The position numbers were made by a program, and so were the translations under genes. DNA of 64,000 nucleotides from Mustelus asterias (Eukaryota), in assembly GCF_964213995.1 (NCBI RefSeq), contig NW_027590156.1:496001-560000 (forward strand). Reading direction: 5' to 3'. Below the pieces are notes generated by a model, which saw only the letters and a program-made list of their open reading frames with translations, was not told where the DNA came from and did not search any database. Of the stretch, positions 26,282 through 36,732 are shown piece after piece; positions within the stretch are counted from its first letter, which is position 1; each line of letters starts with the position of its first letter.

Positions 26282-27948
26282 GGGCCATGTTTTTCAGGAA
26301 GAGAAGGTGTTACAGGCTAATAGGCTGGAGGAAATAGATGTTCGGAGGGAGGATGTATTGGCAGTTTTGAATAAACTGAAGGTCGATAAGTCCCCTGGGC
26401 CTGATGAAATGTATCCTAGGATTCTTTGGGAGGCGAGGGATGAGATTGCAGAGCCTTTGGCTTTGATCTTTGGGTCCTCGCTGTCCACGGGGATGGTGCC
26501 AGAGGACTGGAGAGTGGCGAATGTTGTTCCTCTGTTTAAGAAAGGGAATAGAAATGACCCTGGTAATTATAGGCCGGTTAGTCTGACTTCGGTGGTTGGT
26601 AAATTGATGGAAAAGGTCCTTAGGGATGGGATTTACGACCATTTAGAAAGATGCGGATTAATCCGGGATAGTCAGCACGGATTTGTGAAGGGCAAATCGT
26701 GCCTCACAAATTTGATAGAATTTTTTGAGGAGGTAACTAGGTGTGTTGATGAAGGTAGGGCGGTTGATGTCATATACATGGATTTTAGTAAGGCGTTTGA
26801 TAAGGTCCCCCATGGTCGGCTTATGATGAAAGTAAGGAGGTGTGGGATAGAGGGAAAGTTGGCCGATTGGATAGGTAACTGGCTATCTGATCGAAGACAG
26901 AGGGTGGTGGTGGATGGAAAATTTTCGGACTGGAGGCAGGTTGCTAGCGGAGTGCCGCAGGGATCGGTGCTTGGTCCTCTGCTCTTTGTGATTTTTATTA
27001 ATGACTTCGAGGAGGGGGCTGAAGGGTGGATCAGTAAATTTGCTGATGACACCAAGATTGGTGGAGTAGTGGATGAGGTGGAGGGCTGTTGTAGGCTGCA
27101 AAGAGACATAGATAGGATGCAAAGCTGGGCTGAAAAATGGCAAATGGAGTTTAACCCTGATAAATGTGAGGTGATTCATTTTGGTAGGACTAATTTAAAT
27201 GTGGATTACAGGGTCAAAGGTAGGGTTCTGAAGACTGTGGAGGAACAGAGAGATCTTGGGGTCCATATCCACAGATCTCTAAAGGTTGCCACTCAAGTGG
27301 ATAGAGCTGTGAAGAAGGCATATAGTGTGTTAGCTTTTATTAACAGGGGGTTGGAGTTTAAGAGCCGTGGGGTTATGCTGCAACTGTACAGGACCTTGGT
27401 GAGACCGCATTTGGAATATTGCGTGCAGTTCTGGTCACCTCACTATAAGAAGGATGTGGAAGCGCTGGAAAGAGTGCAGAGGAGATTTACCAGGATGCTG
27501 CCTGGTTTGGAGTGTCGGTCTTATGAGGAAAGGTTGAGGGAGCTGGGGCTGTTCTCTCTGGAGCGGAGGAGATTGAGGGGAGACTTAATAGAGGTTTATA
27601 AAATGATGAAGGGGATAGATCGAGTGAACGTTCAAAGACTATTTCCTCGGGTGGATGGAGCTATTACAAGGGGGCATAACTATAGGGTTCATGGTGGGAG
27701 ATATAGGAAGGATATCAGAGGTAGGTTCTTCACGCAGGGAGTGGTTGGGGTGTGGAATGGACTGCCTGCAGTGATAGTGGAGTCAGACACTTTAGGAACA
27801 TTTAAGCGGTTATTGGATAGGCACATGGAGCACACCAGGATGGTAGGGAGTGGGAAAGCTTGATCTTGGTTTCAGATGAAGGTCGGCACAACATCGTGGG
27901 CCGAAGGGCCTGTTCTGTGCTGTAATGTTCTATGTTCTATGTTCTATT
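26282..27948 (+). mobile_element. Young 5'-truncated CR1 LINE with uninterrupted RT ORF
   Basis: ORF 26256-27863 with KSPGPD, DFSKAFDKVPH, GVPQGSVLGP, FADDTK; (ATGTTCT)n tail; empty site in paralog at 19446-19465. Confidence 0.95.
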
Positions 27949-29339
27949 AGATGCTTCCTGTCAATAACTTTGAGCATTTGACAGCAGGCTGGATTGCTGC
28001 CAAACAATGTGTGGGACAGATTAGCGTGAACGTGAAGGACAAAATGGCATTCAGCCATTTAAACAATAAATGTTTCATTCCCACAAGAAAGGCACATTTT
28101 AAATCGTACTCATTCTATTCAAATATTTTCATTCACTGTCCTGTTCATTATGTGAGTAAATAGTATCGCAAAACAATAAAATGACCAGGTGGTTTTTCGT
28201 TTGTATAACTTCCAAGTAAATGCCATTCCAATAATTATAAATGAAATGCGAGAGAGAGATGTTGATGTTCCCAATTCCCCGGTCAATTGAGATCAGAGCA
28301 ATGGCAAAAATGCATCGAAATAATATTACAAGAACATTATAAAACTGACATGAAAAGCGAGGATTGCTGGAATATTCCGAAAGTTCTGTATCTCATTTAA
28401 ACAGCAGCGTCTCTTGTCCCTGATTTACACCGTGTTCTATTGTACAGTATAATCTGATTTCCATTCTTGAAGAGTTCCTCTCATAGCTGCCAATGAGTGG
28501 AGAAATGATCAGCTGATAACCTGATTCAATGGAAGATAATCCATTTATTCTTGTGATGTTTTGCAATGTGCAGCAAAGCCCTGATATCTTGTGTTCCCAA
28601 CACCAGCGAATGTTAGACAGCCGGTGGCCAATAGAGTGAGCTGCCACGATTTGGATGCTGAAGGAGAACTTTAATGATCTCCGTGTTCGTTCCGATTCAT
28701 TAACTTCTCTGTCAAAAGTCGATGTTACTTTTATGTTTCTCTGTCAACTCACTATTTAATTATCAGGAAGGCGGGATTCTTATTATTTTCAAAGGGCTGT
28801 CTTCGAGATTGGGGAAGTTTGACAAATATAAGGAGAAACATTGTATTGTGTGAGAGTTTCTTCTCATCTCCAATCCCAAATTGTACAGTGATAGCCATCC
28901 GCACTGTAAACGCAATCACTTTGTTCATACCTCGCATTTCGTTACAGAAATCGATAACAATTCTTTTGATCAATTATGCTTTATTATTGTGATGTGACAG
29001 AGACTCGGAATTGTTGCAAAATAGACTGACGGTCTCCTTATTTTCCAAAAATGTTATTTCAGCATTTTTAGATTTGTATTCTACTTGGGGGCGTGGTAAT
29101 AAAATCACCATATTTACAATTGAATTCGTTTTTTAAATAAAGAAATGATGAACTGCAATATCACCATCAGAAATAAGGGGAACAATACAATGAACATATT
29201 CAGCCAAACAAATATCCCGACACAGACAAAATGTCCATTTTAATATTAACGTAATGGGAGTCCATTCTGTTGGGTGTGGAAGGTGGGACGTGGATCCAGT
29301 CACCGCCTCCAGCAGGGAATCAACACGCGGCGCCGTAAA

Positions 29340-29367
29340 GCCGCCCCCTGCTGCAGGGTATTTAAAT
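29340..29367 (+). promoter_or_regulatory. VH core promoter: TATA-like box TATTTAAAT (29359-29367) preceded by a CTCF-like motif
   Basis: ~90 bp 5' of the leader ATG; GCCGCCCCCTGCTGCA is the reverse complement of TGCAGCAGGGGGCGGC. Confidence 0.6.
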
Positions 29368-29457
29368 GCCGCTCACTGGGACCGGAATCCAACAGTCTGG
29401 GAGCTGGTTTGTTCACTGAGTTCCTGACACAACCATTTCCCCCAATTTACCAGAAAG

Positions 29458-29503
29458 ATGAGGTCGGCGATTTCTCTCAGTTTGTTGCTGACTTTCTTAC
29501 CCG
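29458..29503 (+). CDS. IGHV: IgM heavy-chain leader exon (MRSAISLSLLLTFLP-G)
   Basis: ATG, hydrophobic signal peptide, phase-1 donor G|GTGAGT, 134-bp intron. Confidence 0.95.
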
Positions 29504-29637
29504 GTGAGTAGTTTTTTTTTTCATTGTCCAAGTCTCCCACTGTTACTGTCTCAGTCTTAGTTTATCTCTGAAATATTCCAAAGTAAGAAATCATTCCACC
29601 AGGATTAATCGTCGGGTTTTTTGATCTATTTTTACAG

Positions 29638-29942
29638 GTGTCCAGACGCAGGTTGTGTTGACTCAGCCAGAGGCAGAGACCGGGCGTCCCGGAGGCTCCC
29701 TGACACTGACCTGTAAAACCAGCGGCTTCGATCTTAGCAGCTACTACATGTGTTGGATCCGACAGGTTCCTGGGCAGGAATTGGAGTTGCTGTTTTGGTA
29801 CTACACTTCATCTGGCAACTACTACGCCCCAGCAATTAAGGATCGACTTACTGCGTCCAAAGACACTTCAAACAACATCTTCTCTTTGGAGATGACGAGG
29901 CTGAAGACCGAAGACACCGCCATCTATTACTGTGCAGGGGAT
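29638..29942 (+). CDS. IGHV: IgM VH gene segment
   Basis: TTTTTACAG acceptor; [97 protein letters not shown]; open frame. Confidence 0.97.
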
Positions 29943-29981
29943 CACAGCGAGAGGAACCAGGGATGGACCCGAACAAGAACA
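29943..29981 (+). other. VH 3' RSS, 23-bp spacer
   Basis: CACAGCG-23 nt-ACAAGAACA. Confidence 0.92.
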
Positions 29982-30350
29982 GCTCGAAAGGGAATTCAGC
30001 ATCTTTCATCATAACCTGAAGGTCAGTATTTGTTTTAAATGTATTAACGACAGTGATCAGAAGCAAAACACAAACCACTTCTGACAAACCTAACTTAGTG
30101 AAAATTAAACATTAAACCAAGAAAACACACAGTCATAATGGGCTGAGATTTTCACCCTGTTTATATTTACTGTTAACAGTTTCTGCAATTACAGACCTGG
30201 ATATAATGCTAGTTTTACTATTTCCGATACTTGCAGACGATGTTTCTAGATTGTGTTTTGTAATCTATTGCAGAAATTGTAAATTGCATCAGAAATATTC
30301 GTCTATTTTAAGTAAATATTGAGCGGCAGCACTGAACAGAGAGCGAGTGC

Positions 30351-30431
30351 AGTTTTTGTGCGGGTGTGTGTCACTGTGATAGGTACAGTGGGTCACAGTG
30401 CAGAGCACAGCGACATCCTCATGCAAAAACC
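30351..30431 (+). other. DH1 segment (coding 30379-30393, ATAGGTACAGTGGGT) with 5' 12-RSS and 3' 22-RSS
   Basis: AGTTTTTGT-12-CACTGTG | D | CACAGTG-22-GCAAAAACC; the typical shark D1 12/22 arrangement. Confidence 0.95.
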
Positions 30432-30744
30432 TCATGGAAAGAGATTGCTCAAACTGATAATCAGTACCACTGCAGGATTTTCAAAGTAAACGAGGCTTCA
30501 ATGATATAATGTGTAGAAGTAATATTAGTTTGGGAAAGGTATAAAAATCTTCTCGGCAAAATCTGTTTTGACCGATGTGCTCAATCTACATTGACGGTTT
30601 AGAAGCATTCCGATCCTCTTTATAAATGTAATGGCCAGAATATGCTGAAATAACTCACTCATTCGCTCTCAGAAGAGGAAGAGTCAGATTTTTGACAGAG
30701 CAGTGAAATTACATCTCTGTATTTTACAGTTAGCAGTCAGGCAC

Positions 30745-30772
30745 AGTAATTGTCATGCTGTGTCTCACTGTG
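30745..30772 (-). other. 12-bp-spacer RSS 5' of the (D)J segment
   Basis: AGTAATTGT-12 nt (CATGCTGTGTCT)-CACTGTG. Confidence 0.88.
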
Positions 30773-30825
30773 ATACCACAGCATGGGCTACTGGGGAAAA
30801 GGGACCATGGTGACGGTGACTGCAG
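30773..30825 (+). CDS. IGHJ: JH segment with D-like 5' extension (probable germline-joined D2-J): YHSMGYWGKGTMVTVTA
   Basis: WGxG motif, donor G|GTAAG at 30825/30826, directly abuts a 12-RSS. Confidence 0.93.
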
Positions 30826-33239
30826 GTAAGAACCATGCATTTATTTAGTAAGTGTTTTACTTGAGTTTTTGTTTTATCTTTTTTCGCGGTTTTATTAAAT
30901 CACTTGTTCACTGAAATGTGGTTTGGTGGATTCGGTGCTGAAAACCTTTAAAATGTTTCATGTGAAACTGCTTAAAATGGGGATTATAGAATTATACTGT
31001 TAATTGACAAAAGGTGATGCTGAATGATTCAGTCTCTGCTTGTTGTGATTTGGTATTTATCACCTGAGGACATTGTGTCGCTGGGTTACTTCATATGCCA
31101 ATCTTCTGTTAAACAGTTCGCCGTTTCCGCAATGTTTAATCTCGGTGACATCTGGTGGCTGCGAGTTGTACCATCTACTGCACAAGTGTTTGAAATCTAA
31201 CCCAATATTAACAAAATGTGGTAACGTTTCTGCATTAATGTTATGAACATGTTAATCACAATGCTGGTTTTGTTATGTCATTGTTGTGTTCACTAATTAT
31301 TAGTTACTTTAGTGAAAGGCGGATTGGCTGGATTTTAAATTGAGATTTTCTGCCCATGTGAAATTTGATTTTGTTGAAACTGCTTGTACAATTGAACTGC
31401 TTCTGCATGAAGCGGGGTTCAGTCCCTTCGTGGTGCGTTTTTCTTCTGAGGATGTTGTCTGTCTGGGTGACTTTGAATAAGTATAATTTGTGAAATGGTC
31501 TGGCGATTCTGCATTGTTTACACTTGGTGACACAGAGCTGTTACACGTTTTGTGATTGAAAACAAAGTCTGCGGGTTTTAACCTACTTGACGTGTGCCTG
31601 CAGACAGAAATCAGGCAGGCTTAATTGTATTTGTATTTTTTTAAAATCGTAAGTGATAATTGCAGGTTAAACTAAACCACGGTTTACGCTATTCGTCCAG
31701 AACATAGTTTGCCACTGCATTCACAATTTGGGATACATGCAATGTTTTACCTCTGTGGCACCTGACACCTGCAGCGTTAACCATCCAAATGTTTAAATAT
31801 GTTTGAAATCTGTTTGAAATATGACCCAATATGAATAGAATGTGGTAACGTTCCAATATGAATTTGTTGGACATATTCCACCTCCTCGCAATGCTTGCTC
31901 TTATTCCAGATTTCTGTTTAGTTTAGTCATTCATACATTTGGTGACGAGTTGGTTTGCTGGATTGGATATTGAAATTTTCTGGCAATGATATTTTGGATT
32001 TTGTTGAATGCATAATTGAGCTGCTTCTCCGTGAAACAAACTCATTCCCTCATTGATGTGTTTTGGTGTGTTTCTGTTGAGGAGGTTCTGCGGTTTGGTC
32101 ACTGAATGTTTAAACTGTGTGAAATGGTTTGTTGTTTCGGCATTGTTTCTGCATTGTTTAAACTCGGTGGCACTGAGCGGTTACACGTTTTCTGGTTGAA
32201 TGCAAGCAATCTATGAGTTTCAGAATCCTTGTAGGGAGAAAACTAGCAGGTTCTAAAAGAAATAAAATAAAGATGTATAGCATTTTTATAAATGTTAACT
32301 AACGTTTACAAATTAAAATAAATCATGTTTTACAACGCTCAATCGGACACTAAGTCGTTGCTGCAATCGCAAACTTCTCATTAACAAGTTTGAGAGTAAA
32401 ATTAGTATCAATCAAACAATTATTAATCGGTAATATAACTCCATATTCACCAAAGATTATTTTACATTAGTATTTCGCATTAGTCGGCTTTGATAGTTCT
32501 GCTATGCTTTGCAAAGTCGAAGGGAGTATTGAAATGAATAACAGTTTAATTGAAAGGAGGTTATTGATTTTCTGTTGTTGTAAGTTGATCATTGATCAAT
32601 TTGAATCAAACCGTTTGAATGAAATTGACAGACTGAACAGATCTGTCTGCTGGGCACTCGACTGTTGCACCGTTTATGCCTGTTCTGTTTCTGTGCGCGT
32701 GGTCACTGTATTGGGACCAGGAATCTGTTCCTTCACCTGTATTTCAGGGAGTGAAATTTGATTTATTTCTTCAATAAACTTGTATCTGTGAGAAATGTGA
32801 CAGTTTGACTCGATGTTTGACTCGGCGCCTCAGAAATATCATTCTTAAAGCATATTGTGACCATCAGAGAGAGCAGAAACTTCAGACAGACTGTAGAAGG
32901 AGATTTGGTTGATTTTTAGCCAGTGATGTACCGGCCTTGGGAATGTTCGATGGGCAAAAGCAAAGGAAGATTTACTGTATAGTACTCCATACCGGAGCAG
33001 TCCCTGACTTGTTCAGTAGGACAGTTGAAGAGTCAAATTCGTTTGCATCTTATTTTTAATCTTCTAAAGACATTTTAGAGTCATTTGGTTGGCAATAATT
33101 TCTAATTTTCCCTAATTGCTCCTTCAGAAAGTGTTGATATGAAATATCCTTGATAAACTGCAGTCCATGAGCTGCAGCCATCCGCCGTGTCGTTAGGCAG
33201 CAAGTTCCAGGATTTTGACCCAGCAACTGTAAAGGAATG

Positions 33240-33560
33240 GCGGCATGGTAGCACACGGTAGCACAGCGGTTAGCACTGCTGCTTCACAGCTCCAGGGTCC
33301 CGGGTTCGATTCCCGGTTCGGGTCACTGTCTGTGTGGAGTTTGCACATTCTCCTCGTGTCTGCGTAGGTTTCCTCCCACAGTCCAAAGATGTGCGGGTTA
33401 GGTTGATTGGCCAGGTTAAAAATTGCCCCATAGAGTCCGGGGATGCATAGGTTAGAGGGATTAGCGGGTAAATATGTGGGGGTAGGGCCTGGGTGGGATT
33501 GTGGTCGGTGCAGACTCGATGGGCCAAATGGCCTCCTTCTGCACTGTAGGGTTTCTATGA
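33240..33560 (+). mobile_element. tRNA-derived shark SINE nested in an old LINE fragment (~33060-33900)
   Basis: GGTAGCACAGCGGTTAGCACTGCTGC...GGGTTCGATTCCCGG. Confidence 0.85.
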
Positions 33561-34044
33561 TTTCTATAATGTTTCAAGTCAGAATGGCGTGTGCCTTGGG
33601 GGGGAGCTTGCAGATGGTCGGGTTTATATGTGGTTGCTGCCCTTGTCCTGCTCGGATGTAAAGGCAGTGGGTTTGGACAGTGTTTTCTATGGAGTCTTGG
33701 TGAGTTGCTGCAGTGCATCTTGTATATAATACACACTGCTTTCACTGCTTGTTAGTGGTGGAGAGAGTAAATGGAGTGAATGAGGGGGCGAATAATCTTG
33801 TGCGTCACTTTGTCCTGGATTGTGTCCAATTTCTTGAGTTTTTACAAGTTTCGCTCATTGAGGCAAATGGAAATTATTCAATTGGAATTGACTTGTAAAA
33901 GATTTAAATGTTTTCCAACCCTTGGCCCGCGGTCCGTATTGTGTTCACTTGTCACTCCCACTTACTGCGAGAGTGGTTGAGGATGTGAGTGGAGTGTGAG
34001 GGTAAGGCTGACTTTCGAGACTGATTCAGCCAGATAGAGACGTA

Positions 34045-34532
34045 CATATATCACACACTCTCGCACACATAAATAAACTCATGCACACTCTCATATACTC
34101 TCACATATGTAAGTACATGCTCACACTCACTATATCTCTCACACGATCTCTCTCATACACCCACACACATTCTCTCTCACACACATTACACATACAGTCT
34201 CTCACACACAAATATATAGATACACTTGCTCTCTCAATCAATCTCTCACACCCCCATTCACGAAAGCACTCACACACCCACACATTCTCTCTTACACACA
34301 GACACACACTTTTACATAAGCAGTCTCATGCTCTCTTTCACGCACACTCACATGCACTCTCTCACACATACTCGGTCACACACGCTCAAACTGTCTCACA
34401 TTTATTGACACAAGGTCTCTCAATATTCCTCTTGCATCTCTCTCTCTGTCACACACACACACGCACATATTTATTTCTCTCTTTCACAACCTTTCTCACA
34501 CATGGACATTCTTGCTCTTACAAACACTCTCA

Positions 34533-34568
<36 letters not shown>

Positions 34569-34605
34569 CACACACTCTAACACACACTCTTACACACAGA
34601 CACTG
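34045..34605 (+). repeat. Degenerate (CA)n/(CT)n tract
   Basis: Direct inspection. Confidence 0.9.
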
Positions 34606-35794
34606 TGTAAGAGGAATTTTCTGAAGGTGATTCCCCTGAGGTGCTCTGTACTTGTTGAACCTCACTCAACAGATACATAGTGTGCGAAAGACAGTATATA
34701 GTTAAAGAACGAAAAGGAAGTTATTTGCTGACGCTTGCTTCAGGAGAGACACAGTCAATAAGGGTTGACTATCATCTATGACCTAATATTGCAAGGTAAA
34801 AATATTATATTGTTCTGAACATTTCAATATCCTGCGTAGTCTCATCATCAGACTGGAGGGCCGAATCACAATATTCAACAATATTACCTTCGCCAATAAC
34901 GTTCCACCTGCCAACAGGAATTGGAGCTTATCAGCTTATTGCCCATCTAGGTTCATTCCCCTTTACCTAGGAAACCTAACCCACATCATTACAAGTAACC
35001 AAGGCCATACCATACATCTGTGATTTTTAATTGGTGAAAGGAGTCACTCTTTTGCTGGAACCTTCGCCTCATTTATCAGCTTGAGAGACTGCTACAGCCT
35101 GGCTATTTGGACAGCATTTGGACAAGTGGGGATCGAGGAGCCCAATAAAAACTGGAGTGACTAAGAATCAGGGGGAAACTCTTCTCCGTTCGGAATCATA
35201 TTTAGCACAAAGCAAGATGGTAATAGTTGTTGGCAGTCAAACATCTCAGTTCAGATTTCACTGCAGGAGTTCGGCAGGAGAGTGTTCTGGGACCAACAAT
35301 CCTCTACTGCTTCAGCAATGACATTTCTTCCAACATGAGGTCAGAAGTTGGGACTTTCATGTGTTACACAGGATGTAAAGCACAATAAATAGGGAAGGAC
35401 TTGGCTAAGACTAATGCCGATGGCGTGCCCAATACTGGTGTAAACTTGGTGTTTGATTTCTGTGTGGCCCATCCTGGTTTTGCTGTCGGCTTCCCTTCCA
35501 GCTCCCTCAGTCTGTCTATTTGTTCACTGACACGGGTTTCTTAAAGAAAGGCATCGACATTAAAGCATCTGCCCAGTGATCTACATTGCTGCCTGCTTTA
35601 CACAGCCCTGTTATTGAAAGCTGATCAATGTTAAGAATCAGGACAAGATCGATGGAGAGGAAGAGGAGGAGGTGGAGCTGCTGGAGCCGAATGGAGGAGT
35701 CCCCGACTAGCTGTGGACAACAGGCAACGGAAAGCTGAGCCTGAGGAAAAATCATCTGGAGAATCATTCAGATAATGGGACTAGAGTAATTGTG

Positions 35795-36620
35795 AATGAT
35801 CACTGACCCACTGTTACTGACCGACCCTACTTATTTACCCTCACTGAATCACTCACTCTCACTCACTCACTCACTCACTTACTTACTCCCATTAATTGCT
35901 ACTGACTCACCATCACTCACTCACCCTCACACATTCACCCGCACTCACCTAACCTCGCTCGCTCACACCCTCACTCACTCAGCCTCACTCACACTCGCTC
36001 TTTCGTGCAAACTAACTAACCCCCACTCACCCAACCTCACTTATTCTCACTCACAATCACTCATCCTCACTCACCCTCGCTCACACTCATTCATTTTCAC
36101 TGTCATTGACCCTTATACCCTCACTCACTTATACACTCTCAATTAACCTTACTCACATAGCCTAATTCACACTCACTCAATCACTCACTCACCCCACTCA
36201 CCCCCATTCACTCAAACAACATCATTCATTCATCCTCACTCATTTACGCAACCTCACTCATGCTAGCTAACACTGACACTCACTCATATGCACTCATCCT
36301 CAATCACCCTCACTCACACTCACTAATTGTCTCTCACCCTCACTCATTCACCGTGGCTCACCCATTTCCACGCACTCACTGGCTCACCATCATTCAATTA
36401 GCCTCACTCAATTATCCCCACTCCCTCAGCATCCATCAATCACTCACTCACCTAACCTTACTCAACCTCACTCACACACTCACACTCTCTCACATTCGCA
36501 TCCACTCTCATCAACCCATCCTCACTCACCCTAACTCACTCACCCTGACTCACTCACCCGGGCTCACTCACCCGGGCTCACTCACCCGGACTCAGAAACA
36601 CTCACTCACCCTCTCTCATC
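35795..36620 (+). repeat. Degenerate (CACT)n tract
   Basis: Direct inspection. Confidence 0.9.
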
Positions 36621-36732
36621 CTGAAGTGAGGTCTGAAGACGGAGTGATGCCCAACTTCAGGAGCATGTCAATGGAGTGAGAGAGGTGTAGGGAAGCGCCG
36701 GGGGTTCTGGGCCAGGGAAAACGTCAAGTAGC

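Larger units (their letters stand above)
22815..29792 (+). repeat. Segmental duplication copy B of the VH-upstream module (ends in the intact VH)
   Basis: Colinear with 16430-21929 after removing copy-specific SINE/CR1 insertions. Confidence 0.85.

Noticed and set aside
26256-27863. Large RT ORFs as host genes or a novel RT system (also 3956-6693, 54832-57852, 61740-63716)
   Set aside because: Standard CR1 ORF1/ORF2 with 3' microsatellite tails, truncations and TSDs
28393-28647. Minus-strand ORF with YQLIISPL...LYCTIEH resembling an Ig C1 F-strand
   Set aside because: No convincing B-strand Cys/Trp spacing or splice sites; the paralogous copy has stops in this frame
30687-30721. GATTTTTGA nonamer-like sequence as a possible 22/23-spacer J-RSS or a second D
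   Set aside because: No heptamer at 12 or 22/23 bp; the nearest heptamer-like CTCTGTA is 19 bp away
30777-30783. CACAGCA inside the DJ segment as a 3' D2 heptamer
   Set aside because: Followed directly by J coding sequence with no nonamer at 12 or 23 bp
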